Source: Octopus vulgaris
Taxonomy: Eukaryota
Assembly: GCA_951406725.2 (NCBI GenBank)
Contig: OX597822.1
Coordinates: forward strand, 101,804,001 to 101,868,000
Length of the DNA stretch: 64,000 bases
Reading direction: 5' to 3'
Shown: one piece after another, positions 11,732-25,586 of the stretch
How the letters are laid out: each line of letters begins with the position of its first letter
How positions within the stretch are numbered: the first letter of the stretch is position 1
Made by a program: the position numbers and the translations under genes
The notes under the pieces: model-generated
What the model was told of the DNA's origin: nothing
Databases searched by the model: none
What the model saw: the letters and a program-made list of their open reading frames with translations, nothing else

Positions 11732-12615
11732 AGAGTTATTATATTGGCAAATGTTTCTGTGAAATATTCAACTTTTCGCGCCTTAATTCCACAAATCGGT
11801 ATTCGGTGGATTGCAAAGTTAAATTCTCATCGAGAACACTGACGGAGAATCTGCCAATGTAACTCACTTCATTCAATATTCAAATAAGAAAATTCGTTAC
11901 TTTTTCATACCTTAGAAATAACTAAAATATTCTGGAGAGTCAAGACTATTGAAAAGGTTGCAACACTCAACGAAAGTTTTAGAGAATAAAAATAAGAAAC
12001 AAGTGGAAGTTTTACCGGTTAGAGTGTTAAATAATGAGACACTAAAAGAGAATGACTCTCCCCAGACACAACAGAATATGCTTCAACACACGAACTCATA
12101 AAAAGAATCTTGCAAAACAAATCCAAAAACGAAATAACTAAAAGAAATATTTAAATGTGTGCTTGTATATAACCATTATATACATGCATACATACATACA
12201 TGTGTGTGTATGTCTGTGTGTACATACATATATAGTATATTATTGCATAATGTTGTCTCTATGTATGCTTATAACGATTGTTTTGTATTGTTTCGGTGAT
12301 TCAGTTACATTATAAACATGCAATTGTTTCACTTGCCTTATCGAAAAAGTACTTAAAGATGAAAGGAATGTAGCAAATTCCCAATTTTTCTTTTATATTT
12401 CCATTCCCAACGAATCAAAGCCTTCAAGTAAGCAACTTCTACCGGATCAATACCTTGAAGTTCAGCCAGGCTTAAGTGTTCAATGATGATCGAATAATCT
12501 AATAGTTAATGGAATCGTTTATGTTTGTTCGTCCAAAATTTACATAGGTTTGATGCACCCCGGGTTAGCATTAGCTAATCTATAATTCAAAGCTTACAGT
12601 ATATTCCCATAATAC

Positions 12616-12768
<153 letters not shown>

Positions 12769-13659
12769 CACACACATATTTTCTACTTAAAACATATTCT
12801 AGCTTTGTTGACTTAGTGTTTTGCTGTTTATTTTAAACATCAACCATAAATTCGAATTATCATTAAAAGGTTTTGTATTGCTTTAGACTAAAATAAAAAT
12901 ATATGTATGTACAAAAATAATATTTAATACTTTGAAGGATCACAGAACTTCAATTATAATCGGTGTTTACCTGAATATAAAATTTCATAAAATAAGTTAT
13001 GTAATAAAATATTATACGAAACGAACTGAAACTCCTTTATTAATTTTGAGAAAAGATTTCAGTTTACTAAAATGTATAAACCTTTCAGAATATATACCTT
13101 TGGCATCACTTAGTTGAAAGAAGATAAAACATTGACATAAAAATGTTGTTTTTTTTTAAATAACTTTACATATTCAATAATATTCAAAGAACTTCCGAAA
13201 TTTTATTAATATCTCGCAATGAGATGATTTCACATTGTCAACATTAAGATAAGTACGTGCTAGGTAATTCTATTTCACCCATAGTTTGAATATATTACTT
13301 CCTCGAGGATGAAATTGCTTTAAATATTTTCGAAAATATTTTGAAGTATTTTGAAGTTCTTTAAAAAATCTCATTTATTTATTCATGACGCACGGTGTAT
13401 TGGTGATTTAGTTTTTATTGTCCGCACGTCAACCTAGTATCATTATGTAAATAAGTTCCGCATATGCAGAGTTTGACTATATTCTAATAGATAGTCTTTA
13501 GCTTGGTATTTTTAGAAGGAAACGGTAAAAGAGTTGTGGTGGATCATGTAACTATGAAACTGGTCCTTTTGATCTTCATTCAGCGCAACTGAAAAAAAAA
13601 ATTTCCTGGGGATATATTTCTAAGTGAAACAAAACGCATATCGTTATCACTCCGTATAT

Positions 13660-13880
13660 TTATTGGTTTCAAATTTTGGCACAAGGCCAGCAAGTTTGGG
13701 GCAGGGAGCAAGTTGATTACATCAACCCAAGTGCTCGACTGGTACTTATTCTATCGATTTCGAAAGGGATGAAATGCGTAGTCGACCTTGGCGGAATTTG
13801 AACTCAGAAAGTTATGACGGATGAAATGCCGCTAAACATTTTGCCCGACATGCTAACGATTCTCCCAGCTCGCCGCCTTA
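13660..13880 (-). mobile_element. SINE family B, alternative tail
   Basis: Matches 2422-2640 in reverse. Confidence 0.8.
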
Positions 13881-14817
13881 ATTCCGTACGGTTATTGCTA
13901 ATCCTAAGCTACTCTTTCTTTTGTTTCTTGGCTTTGATCTCGTACAGTTGTCTCATGTATCTTACTAAATAAATATTACATCGAGTTTTAGATTATTGTT
14001 TTCTTGAAATATATAAAATTACTCAAAACTATTTAGTGCATTGTCGGTCTAGTGACAAATTCAGTTCTCGATAAAGAACCTCTATCATCAAAGTACTCTA
14101 TCATCGCAGTGTATCTTCCTTTCTTCATAATAAAATCGCATATTTAGCCGTTCACCAAAGACGTTCTTGCGTTCCTTAAAAGTTAGACATTTTTATTTAA
14201 ACAAAACGCCCGAAACCATTGCTGTTTTGACAACAGTTAGCTTTCCTCGCTTTCACCGTAATTTGACCCTTAGTGTAAGGTATGTCTTGATGTGTTCAGT
14301 GAGAACAATTTGAGACATTTTACAAGCTCTAACATTATGTATATAGAACGATTTCTAATTGCTAATTAATCAGAAATTGTAACATCTTTTAATCTTTCTG
14401 AGCATACGAAACACATGATTACGTTTGATTGCTGAGCATTAAAAGGAGCTTGGAAAATTCTTGATATGTGTTTTATCTGTGAATGAATTCCATTTCATGG
14501 AGGAAATAATATCACACCATTTTTCAATCGTTAGTATGATGTTTTCGCCACTTTACAAATAACTGTTTAACAAATTTATATATCGTCCAGTCTTTATAGT
14601 GGTTCGTGACTATTATTTACAATGAAACATTTAATACGATATCTAATAAGGGATATTATTATAGTTGTATAGTTACAATTCTTTTTTGAGCGAAAGGTAT
14701 GGAATAAACGATGGAACAACAGACTAAATATTCTTTTTCTTCAGGATTTGAGCTAAAACCCTGTTCTGATCTGCTATAACTTTTAAAACACTTAGATTAG
14801 ATAATTCTGAAGATGCA

Positions 14818-14970
14818 AAGGTACATGGCCTAGTGGCCTAATGGTTAAGATGTTCGGCGGCTCACAGTCATAATGTTATGGTTTCAATTCCTAGACCGAG
14901 AGGTGCATTATGTCCTTGAGCTAGACTCTTCATTTCACGTTGTTCCAGTCCAGTGTACTCAGCAGAAAAT
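14818..14970 (+). mobile_element. Old SINE fragment (family D-like)
   Basis: Degenerate tRNA head plus TGTCCTTGAGC..TTTCACGTTGTTCCAGT. Confidence 0.55.
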
Positions 14971-15113
14971 CAATAACATTCGAGTATTGGTGCAGCATTC
15001 TCTCCCTCCAGCTCTCACGTTTCAAATGTGCTTTTGGAAGAGTTTAGTCTTTTTTCGACTATATAAGCACATAAGCAGCTAGTGAAAGTATGATACTTGT
15101 TACCAAGCCATAC

Positions 15114-15694
15114 TATTGGGTTGTCCGGAAAGTTCGTGCCGATTTATAGTAGCTTACCTTTCGACTTATTTTAGAACATGTTTGAGTCCATAAAATAGGA
15201 TTTGACTACACCTCCATTTAAAGCACAGTTTAAGCTATCTTTTCATGAAAGAAGGTTTATGTTCCTATAACTTGTGTTAATTCTGTAACCCTTTAAAATG
15301 GAAGATAAGAGAGAGTTCATTTTCGGCACTTGATGCTTTTCTGTTTCCATAAAGGGAAAAATGCCTCACAAGCAACCAAAAAAATTATGTGCAGTTTACG
15401 GTGATGTTTCTTTATCCGAAAGAACTGTACGGAAGTGGTTTGCAAGGTTCCGAGCTGGAGATTGTAGCCTTATTTATAAAGAGTGATCAGGCAGACCATC
15501 CGCTGCAGATGATGACCAAATCAAGTCATTAATTGGGAATAACCCACATTGCACAACCCGAGAATTGGCAGAAAGCCTCAACCTATCAAAATCCGTCGTT
15601 CATGAGCACCTGGTAAAGCTTGGGTAATGGCAAATATTTATTGACCTTTTTCTTTCTTTTAAAAATCGGCACGAACTTGCCGGACAATCCAATA
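15114..15694 (+). mobile_element. Internally deleted mariner transposon
   Basis: TIRs TTGGGTTGTCCGGAAAGTTCGTGCCGATTT / AAATCGGCACGAACTTGCCGGACAATCCAA flanked by TA; from ATG 15298 a broken frame reads HFRHLMLF..KGKNASQA..SERTVRKWFARFRAG..SGRP..TTRELA; catalytic domain absent. Confidence 0.92.
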
Positions 15695-16577
15695 GTTTGT
15701 GTGTGACGTCTGCCTATTTAATTCTGAAGAAAAAGTTTTAAAGACAAAAGTATTGTATTGAAAATGTTCTACATGCTTGACTTTTCCCCTCAGGAATGGA
15801 AACGATCAGTGAATACCCTGACAAAATTTGGTAGAAATGCTAAGAAAAAGTACAATTTTATAACTATAACGAATTGAAATTAGAACTAAAATATTAATGG
15901 TCAACAAAAATAATAATAAACAGTATTGTATCATCATTATCATCGGCAATAGAAATATTGATCATATCTCAGTAAATCAAGATTGCCATTTATTTAATAT
16001 TTAAATCAATCAATATTATTATATTAATAACTGAATAAACCAATATGGCTCTACTTCGAGTATGATGGAAAAAAAAAAACAAACAATACGTTCTCATCTT
16101 GAAATCAGAGGTCGGATCAGGGTTTCAATGCTTGCTTCGGGATCGATAAAATAGACACAGCAACCAAATTAGTCGATTATACCAAAAACTTTAGTTACTG
16201 AGTCTAGCAGGAATCAATAATACCTGTCTTTTAATATAATTCTGCAGAGTAAAGGTCATCGTGTCAGACTCATAATCTAAAATCTTTTTTTTTTTTAATA
16301 TTCTAATACATTCAGTGTATAAATTGACCGGTGTCGAGGATATATTGCAAGCAATATATGTTAGTTATTGACTACGAAAAAAAGTTTAAGCAAGTTTAAA
16401 TTCAAACGACACTATAATATAATTCTTTAAATAAAATTAAATAAAATATGTTATAGCCTTGAATTCTTTCTCTGCTAATTAAAAATTTCGCTTGCAGTGA
16501 TTAATGAAAATGCTGTTTAAAACTGACAAAACGTGGAGAAAATCTAGGAAAAATTTGTAACTTCATAACTATAAAAT

Positions 16578-17070
16578 GTCTCTATATAATAACAGCCGAT
16601 ATAAATGCCTATTGGTTGGTTGGTTGGTTGGTTGGTTGGTCGGTTTGTCGGCTGGTTAGTTGGTTGGTTGGTTGGCTGGTTTGTTGGTTGGTTTGTTGGC
16701 TGGTTGGTTGGTTGGTTGGTTGGTTGGTTGGTTGGTTGGTTGGTTGGTTGGTTGGTTGGCTGGTTGGCTGGTTGGTTGATTGGTTGGTTGGTTGGTTGGC
16801 TGGTTAGTTGGTTGGTTGGTTGGCTGGTTGGTTGGTCGGCTGGTTGGTTGATTGGTTAGCTGGTTCGTTGGTTGGTTGGTTGGCTGGTTGGTTGGTTGGT
16901 TGGTTGGTTGGTTGGATGGTTGGCTGGCTGGTTGGTTGGTTGGTTGGCTGGTTGGCTGGTTGGTTGGTTGGTTGATTGTTTTATTGGTTGGTTTCTCCAG
17001 CTACGCTTCACGTCTTATAGAGTGAACGGAAGAAAAAGAGTAAATGTGAATCACAGTGAGAGTTAACAAA
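16578..17070 (+). mobile_element. Helitron-like 5' end with expanded (TTGG)n array; related older copy at ~9385-9550
   Basis: TCTATATAATAACAGCCGA...(TTGG)n...TCTCCAGCTACG is shared with the 9385 copy. Confidence 0.45.
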
Positions 17071-17169
17071 GGTACAGAATGAGTGTCTCCTAATTTTCAG
17101 AAACAAAGGTATTTTTCTTTTATGAAATTTTTCCAAGAAAAAAAAATTTTCGACGGATTTTATTTCGAT

Positions 17170-17379
17170 TATCTTTCATTTGTTTCAGCCATTTGACTGC
17201 AGCCATACTGGGGTACCGCCTTGAAGAAGTTTTAGTGAAATAAATCGACCCTAGTACTTATTGTTTTTAAACTTGGCACTCATTCTATTGGTAACTTTTG
17301 CCGAACCGCTAAGTTACGCAGATGTAAACACACCAACACCGGTTGTAAGCGGAGTGGGGGAATAATCACACACACACAC

Positions 17380-17439
<60 letters not shown>

Positions 17440-17601
17440 GACGAGCTTCTTTCGGTTTCCACCAACCAAATCCACTTGCAAGGCTTTGGTCGGCTCGAGT
17501 CTATAGTAGAAAACACTAACCCAAAACACCACGCAGAGAAACTGAGTCCGGAGCCTTGTGGTTGGCAATCAAACTTCTTACCATACAGCCACTTCTGCGC
17601 T
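17170..17601 (-). mobile_element. SINE family A, older copy
   Basis: Diverged match along the whole length. Confidence 0.8.
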
Positions 17602-17857
17602 GAGAAATTTGTTTAAATTTATTTTTAAAGCAATAAATATTTTTTCCTTCGAAAATTAGCATACACTTCATTATTTTCTTTAGGAGCAAGAAATTTGATA
17701 ACAAATAGAGAGTATTGTCTGTATGTTGTATTTTCTCTTATCACCTATGGCAGCAAAAGTATATTTCCAAAGTTACCCATCATATATCAAGTAGTAATAC
17801 TCTAGTACATGGTTTAGCTTAATCTAAGTGTGAGCTATTAATGTAAAACGATAAACG

Positions 17858-18172
17858 TTGCCCTTTTCAAGCCTAGCCAGGCTCATGGGCCCGGTTTCCC
17901 GGTTTCTGTGGCGTATGTGTCCCCCCCCCCCCAGCTGGACGGAACGCCAGTCCATCACAGCGTTACTCAAGAAACAGGAAGAGACAGTGAGAGAAAGTTG
18001 TGACGAAAGAGTACAACAGGGGTCGCCACCACCTCCTGCCGGTGCCACGTGAAGCTTTTTTAGGTGTTTTCACTCAATAAATAAATACACACAACGCCCG
18101 GTCTGAGAATCGAAACTGCGATTCTCCGACCGCGAGTCCGCTGCCCTAACCACTGGGCCATTGCAACTCCAC
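17858..18172 (-). mobile_element. SINE family C head with V-domain-like tail
   Basis: Minus strand reads CTGTGATGGACTGGCGTTCCGTCCAG; head matches 18282. Confidence 0.85.
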
Positions 18173-18281
18173 CATTAATGTAAACGCGTTAGTTAACTAA
18201 CGAATAATAGTGGTACTGCTTTTTAGTTTAGAAATTAAAGTTCCGAGTTCCAATCCGGCCACATACTAGATTAAACATACA

Positions 18282-18668
18282 AGGAGGCGCAATGGCCCAG
18301 TGGTTAGGGCAGCGGACTCGCGGTCATAGGATCGCGGTTTCGATTCCCAGACCGGGCGTTGTGAGTGTTTATTGAGCGAAAACATCTAAAAAATCTCTAC
18401 GAGGCTCCGGCAGGGGGTGGTGGTGATCCCTGTTGTACTCTTTCACCACAACTTTCTCTCACTCTTACTTCCTGTTTCTGTTGTACCTGTATTTCAAAGG
18501 GCCGGCCTTGTCACTCTCTGTGTCACGCTGAATATCCCCGAGAACTACGTTAAGAGTACACGTGTCTGTGGAGTGTTCAGCCACTTACACGTTAATTTCA
18601 CGAGCAGGCTGTTCCGTTGATTCGGATCAACCGGAACCCTCGTCTTCGTAACCGACGGAGTGCTTCCA
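18282..18668 (+). mobile_element. SINE family C, full length
   Basis: tRNA-like head GGAGGCGCAATGGCCCAGTGG; TSD TAAACATACAAG. Confidence 0.92.
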
Positions 18669-18739
18669 TAAACATACAAGAGTAAAACACTTAAAGGGAC
18701 AGGATATCAAGCTAGTAGAAACTTAAGAGAGATCCCTTT

Positions 18740-19141
18740 TTACTGTCTTTTACTCTTTTACTTGTTTCAGTCATTTGACTGTGGCCATGCTGGAGCACCG
18801 CCTTTAGTCGAACAAATCGACCCCAGAACTTATTCTTTGTAAGCCTAGTACTTATTCTATCGGTCTCTTTTTGGCGAACCGCTAAGTTACGGGGACGTAA
18901 ACACACCAGCATCGGTTGCCAAGCGATGCTGGGGGGACAAACACACACACACACACACAAGTACATATACATATATATGACGGGCTTCTTTCAGTTTCCG
19001 TCTACCAAATCTACTTACAAGGCTTTGGTCGGTTCGAGGCTATAGTAGAAGACACTTGGCCAAGGTTCTAGGCAGTGGGACTGAACCCGGAACCATGTGA
19101 TTGGTAGGCAAGCTACTTACCACCCAGCGACTCCTGCGCCT
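18740..19141 (-). mobile_element. SINE family A
   Basis: Full length; carries private variants shared with 43602-44016. Confidence 0.9.
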
Positions 19142-19186
19142 ATGTATGTATCTGTCTATCTATCTATCTATCTATCTATCTACCTA

Positions 19187-19260
19187 TCTAAGTTACGGGG
19201 ACGTGAGCACACCAGCATCGGTTGTCAAGCGATGTTGGGGGGACAAACACAAACACATCA

Positions 19261-19291
<31 letters not shown>

Positions 19292-19440
19292 CATATATAC
19301 GACGGGTTTCTTTCAGTTTCCGTCTACCAAATCCACTCACAAGGCTTTGGTCGGCCCGAAGCTATAGAAGAAGACGTTTGCCCAAGGTGCCACGCAGTGG
19401 GACTGAACCCGGAACAATGTGGTTGGTAAGCAAGCTACTT
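19187..19440 (-). mobile_element. SINE family A, partial
   Basis: Sequence match. Confidence 0.85.
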
Positions 19441-19677
19441 AAATATGTAAATATTTTTGTTTTTTTGTTTTTTAGATATGTTTCATCTGCAACGGTTAAT
19501 AACTATGATGATGTAAAATCTAACAAAAAAAAGTAACAGTTTTAAAATATGGGTCTCTTTCTTATGTTTGTTTAATTTCAACCTAATCCTAATAGAGCAT
19601 AACTTGGATCAAAAGCATTCCAAAAATGACCACGTCAACAAAGTCTAATTGTTTACTTTATTTTTAAGGTGTTAGAG

Positions 19678-19773
19678 CAGTTGTTCCCAACCTGTGGTCC
19701 GCAAAGGTAGTACTGGAGGTCCGTGAACATGTTAAGCTAACAAACATTTCAATATCCTGGAGTCCGCGGGAAA
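19678..19773. mobile_element. hAT-like non-autonomous element end (host of the nested MITE)
   Basis: CAGTTGTTCCCAACCTG resembles hAT termini; GGTCC(G) subterminal motifs; other end not clearly recognisable. Confidence 0.45.
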
Positions 19774-19781
19774 AGTCATTT

Positions 19782-20205
19782 GGATCTTTTCGGTTTGAAC
19801 GGCAGTTTTTTCTAGCGGTGTCATATGAAATTGTCACCCATAATTATGACCCTAGTATCGATCTATTGCATTTCAATCTGTTTTAGGGTTAGGGTTAGGG
19901 TTAGGGGTGGAGGGAAGGGTATCTTTTTTCTTCACAAATGTAAATAAACCCAATCTGTATCTTTAGCGAGGGACATATTCATACGGCACAGAATGTTTTC
20001 ACCTCAAATAGATGTTATTGATTGGTTGAAATTGCAGAAATTGAAGAAAAAACAACAACAAATATCTTACAAACTATAGAATTTTCTCAATAAAGCCAAG
20101 AGAAAAAGATGTTTTATAAACACATTCTACCAGTATACGAAGTTTTAAAGTGTTTAGTTACGTAGAAATTATTTTTAAAATCTGCCGTTCAAACCGAAAG
20201 GATCC
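19782..20205. mobile_element. MITE with ~24-bp TIRs, 8-bp TSD and internal (TTAGGG)4
   Basis: GGATCTTTTCGGTTTGAACGGCAG / CTGCCGTTCAAACCGAAAGGATCC; TSD AGTCATTT on both sides. Confidence 0.9.
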
Positions 20206-20647
20206 AGTCATTTAAATTAAAGGGGTCATTGGTAGTGAAAAGATAGAGTATGAATTGACTAGCAACCATGTACATGCACATCTCGGCTTATTCATAATAA
20301 AGCAATGAATAGTTAAGTAAAGTAAGTGGGGTCCAAAGTGAATAGGCTTTAGCTGGGTATTACTAATGCTTGATAGTGATTCGATCATTAAAATAAAAAT
20401 GTGTTTTGTGACAAACCCACAATGGAGAATGGATGTTCGATTTGTCAGATATGACTAATTTTTGCACGCTCCTTTCTATAATCTCTGGTCTCCTGCTTCT
20501 CTCTCTGACTCTCTATCTCTCTCTCACACACACACACATAATTGTACGTATATGTGTGTGTGTGTGTACATACACACATGTGTCTACTTGTGTGTGTATG
20601 TATGTATATATATATATATATATATATGTATATAGATATATATACAC

Positions 20648-20678
<31 letters not shown>

Positions 20679-20693
20679 CGTATATGTGTGTGA

Positions 20694-20737
<44 letters not shown>

Positions 20738-21037
20738 CACAAAGCTTAATATGCATATATATATGAATATTTATGCATATATTAATATACTTGTATATCT
20801 ATGCTTATAAATATATGCATATATGTACACACACACATATATATACGTGCAAACATGCATACGTGTGTGTGATTGTGTACATGTGTATATGTACGTGTGT
20901 GCGTCTAGATGTATATTTGCGTAGACCCATAATTAGAAGAGTCTTGTATGCTATTTGGCTTGAAGACAAATATTGACGCTCCATTGTCCAAACAGCAACG
21001 ACCATATTTTTATGGCACCACAGAACATAATTCATAC

Positions 21038-21101
<64 letters not shown>

Positions 21102-21121
21102 TGATGATGTTGATGATGATG

Positions 21122-21181
<60 letters not shown>

Positions 21182-21369
21182 CTTATAATAATGATAATGA
21201 CAATAATAATAATAATAATAATAATAATGATGATGATGATGATGATAATAATAATAGTAATAATAATAATAATGATAATAATAATAATAATAATAATAAT
21301 GCTTATAATAATGATAATGACAATAATAGTAATAATGATCATAATAATAATATTAGTAATAATAATAAT

Positions 21370-21404
<35 letters not shown>

Positions 21405-21433
21405 TAATAATAATAATAATAATAATAATGATC

Positions 21434-21474
<41 letters not shown>

Positions 21475-21487
21475 TAATAATAATTAA
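21038..21487. repeat. (AAT)n/(GAT)n microsatellite
   Basis: Direct reading. Confidence 0.95.
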
Positions 21488-21599
21488 TATTTGGTAAATA
21501 GATATAATGTCAAACTGCTTCGAAAGCACATTTCCTTAATTAGCCGACGGGTAAATTGCAATTTTGGTAATAAAATTAGTAATTCTTATTCGAGGTGAC

Positions 21600-21647
<48 letters not shown>

Positions 21648-22544
21648 ATAGTGATATAGTTGTTGGTTACTCTTAGCTCAATCATGTTCGAACAGACCTC
21701 TTATAGGAGTTCCACCCGTGCCCATCCAATGCGTGTTTTTTTTGTAAAAGTCAATGGGTTGGCATCTGAGGGATATTTAACTACGATATCTAGTAGATCG
21801 TGTAACCACATGAACGCTCCTTTTCTTAGCAAAGGGTGGTAGTAATATTGTTGTCTGAGGTGTTTGTAGACGTGTAGATGGTATTGTTGATGTGGTGGTG
21901 TTGTGATGATGATGATGACAACGACGACGACGACCACCACCACCACCACCACAACCGCGACGATGACGACGAAGATGACGACAGCGTAGCAGGGGTGGTG
22001 TGATGATGATGATGATGAAGAGAAAGGGCGGGGAGGAGAAAGAGGAGGAGAAAAAGGAGAGAAAGGGGAGAGATTGAAGGAGGAAGAGGAGGAGAGGAGA
22101 GGAAGAGGAGAGAAAAATGAGGAGGAAGAGTAAGAGGGGAGGAAGAATTTGAAGAGGAGGGGGACAGTGATGATGATGGTGATTATGTTGATAATGATAA
22201 TGATGATGAAAATCGTAGTACTAGTGGTAAATGTAGTGGTGGTGGTGGTAGTAGCGGGTGTCCATAATCACGGCAACTAATACTACCAAAAACGGTTCCT
22301 CTATTTGTAAAACTACGTGCAGTATAAAAGAACAAGGATGAAAATTTCTATCATTTAAATATAATTTCACATTACTACAACGTAGAATATTATTGCCCAT
22401 TTTCTCCAGAAGTCTGGAAAGATCGATTTGATATTTTCTGCCCAATCAGTAGAAATACTTGCTTAAACTTACTGGTATGTTATCTGAGGTTTATATGTCC
22501 TCAGTTTCATGCTGTATACCATTAATAAACTATATATTTCAGTT

Positions 22545-22930
22545 CCCAATACATGTTGACATTAGATAGGGCTCTACTAAGACTCACGCGAAAGTACCGA
22601 GTTCATATCTGGGGCGATGCTGCTATTGCGCACATGACATCTGCGACTGAATCCAAGGAAGTTCCACCCGCATGTTTGGTATGTTATAAACAACAGACAC
22701 ATTCCAGCTTCTGGCCCACAAGTGTGTTGTCTTCTATTTTCCTGTCGTTATTATAATGATTCCTGTTCCCTGGGGGCCGGCTGGTCTTCAACTTACACCA
22801 CTCATGCGCTCTCGACCCAATTGTTTCTATATCTCTCACCAACCTTGTTACATGCAATCTCTTTTAGCCACTCTAACCACTATACTAATCCTTCTTCTCT
22901 CAGAACATCATCCCTCTGGAATCTCTGATC
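22545..22930 (+). mobile_element. Decayed 3' end of an L2/CR1-group LINE ORF2
   Basis: Reads LTL.RAL.R...Y..HIWG, CRYYNDSCS and HYTN...RTSSLWNL, typical of post-RT C-termini. Confidence 0.6.
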
Positions 22931-23609
22931 TGCTCATGTCTTTTTTTTTTTACCTTTTTTTGCGAGCATTCACTTTCTGCAACATAACGGTATCAGCAGA
23001 ATCAGAAGACCTGCAAAGACCACGGACGCAGTTCCTTCTTTCAGACTAAACATGAAAATAAATAAAAAGAAAACTATAGAATTAGATTTTAGCCAACACT
23101 GCATGTAACAGGCAGAGGTAAACACCTTGTATTTGTATTCAAAGGGAATCGACCGGAGTAGTTTCAATACTTTGGTTTTCATCGGTAACCGAATATCTTG
23201 TTTAAATACCACAGCATAACAGCTTACAAACCTAATATTACTAAGGATTCTTCTGCACTGGATAGACCGATTTGCATAAATAACGCATTTTTCGCAACTA
23301 TGAACATTAATAATTTCCTGGTACTGTAACAGTTTCTATTCAACGATTTACTTAATACTTGAGATATACTGTATATCTATTTTCTTTCAGCATAAATTGG
23401 ATTATGAGGGAGCTCATGATCAACTTGGTGAGATAAGACCTTCAAGAACAACTTGATGGTACATACATTAGAAGTTTCTTGAGGACTCAAAGCATATCTT
23501 GGTGTGAGCAGATGAGCAAAGACAAGATTTCAGGGACACATTCTGCTCATTTCTAGCATTACTGCTCAACGTAGTGTAGGTTTTGTTGGTCACTGTTGTA
23601 ATACTGAGC

Positions 23610-23780
23610 ATGAGCAACAGGTATTATATTTTGGAAACTTACTCGCCATAAGTAGAAAACGAAGAGTACTCGGCTACATCGAGTTCATTGTCAAAGAATT
23701 CATGAAATTGACGATCTACCAAAGTTAATGAGGGATAAAGATTCTTGGCGTGACGTGACGAAACACCTCTCGGTTGATGA
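23610..23780 (+). mobile_element. RTE-like LINE C-terminal remnant
   Basis: IIFWK...RRVLGYIEFI...IDDLPKLMRDKDSWRDV with frameshifts. Confidence 0.5.
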
Positions 23781-24074
23781 TTGCTGGGCATACTATGTGT
23801 ATAGGTATATAAATAGACTTTAAAATTAGATTTAAAACGATTATTCCGTATCATAATTCCTGCGTACAGTAAACGGAGGATCAGCTGAAGTAATTACGAC
23901 CCCCTTATGGAAATTTGTCGTACCAGATTTCAACTACTCGAACCAACAAAGTAGGCTTCCCCGTTGACACGCGACACGCTAGAAGTAGCAGGCAGATCTC
24001 CCTCAAAACACACCATAACCTCTGAGAATTGTGAGGATACAGTGACTTACATACTTCTGTGTGTGTGAGTATAA

Positions 24075-24460
24075 TGGAAGCACTCCGTCGGTTACGACGA
24101 CGAGGGTTCCGGTTGATCCGAATCAACGGAACAGCCTGCTCGTGAAATTAATGTGTAAGTGGCTGAGCACTCCACAGACACGTGTACCCTTAACGTAGTT
24201 CTCGGGGATATTCAGCGTGACACAGAGAGTGACAAGGCCGGCCCTTTGAAATACAGGTACAACAGAAACAGGAAGTAAGAGTGAGAGAAAGTTGTGGTGA
24301 AAGAGTACAGCAGGGATCACCACCATCCCCTGCCGGAGCCTCGTGGAGCTTTTAGGTGTTTTCGCTCAATAAACACTCACAACGCCCGGTCTGGGAATCG
24401 AAACCGCGATCCTATGACCGCGAGTCCGCTGCCCTAACCACTGGGCCATTGCGCCTCTAC
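24075..24460 (-). mobile_element. SINE family C, full length
   Basis: TSD GTGTGAGTATAA; near-identical to 18282 and 51742. Confidence 0.92.
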
Positions 24461-24694
24461 GTGTGAGTATAAAATATTATCCCGACTCCATTCATCTAAT
24501 AAGAGTGAATTATGTCCCCCGAGTTGTCTCCTCTACTTGCCGAAGTCATGGAAATAATATTAATCACTGGAAACAGTGTCTTTTTCTCACGACGTAAATA
24601 TTTCTAATTGTATTCACTACAATACAATAAAGCAAAATTTAACTATTGTTTTGTATGCGAGTAGCGTCACTGAGTAATTAACCACAGGTATTTA

Positions 24695-25356
<662 letters not shown>

Positions 25357-25586
25357 GTTTATTTAGTTTATTTTTTTTATCATATATCTGCTCGATCAGA
25401 AAGGATAGAAAAATGCTGGAATGTAATAACAATAGCAGCAACAGGTAATAACACCCACGATATTCCATTTCGAACAATAATCGCGAAGAACAACGAAATA
25501 AAAGAAGTTTGACTGACTTCAGTATGTATTTGGCGGTTTGAAAGGATACGAATTATAAAGGTTGTAAGCTTTAGTTTTTGTTGAAC

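Noticed and set aside
18282-18356. tRNA-like sequences here and at 10451, 24390, 33910, 36385 and 51742
   Set aside because: They are SINE heads that continue into SINE bodies, some with TSDs; not tRNA genes
19883-19906. Chromosome end or fusion scar
   Set aside because: Only four repeats, located inside a TIR element
23391-23427. Plus-strand micro-exon (HKLDYEGAHDQL) with plausible splice sites
   Set aside because: Isolated and too short to distinguish from chance
23642-23795. Minus-strand exon with a strong GTAAGT donor
   Set aside because: The plus strand explains it better as an RTE C-terminal remnant; exonisation is not excluded
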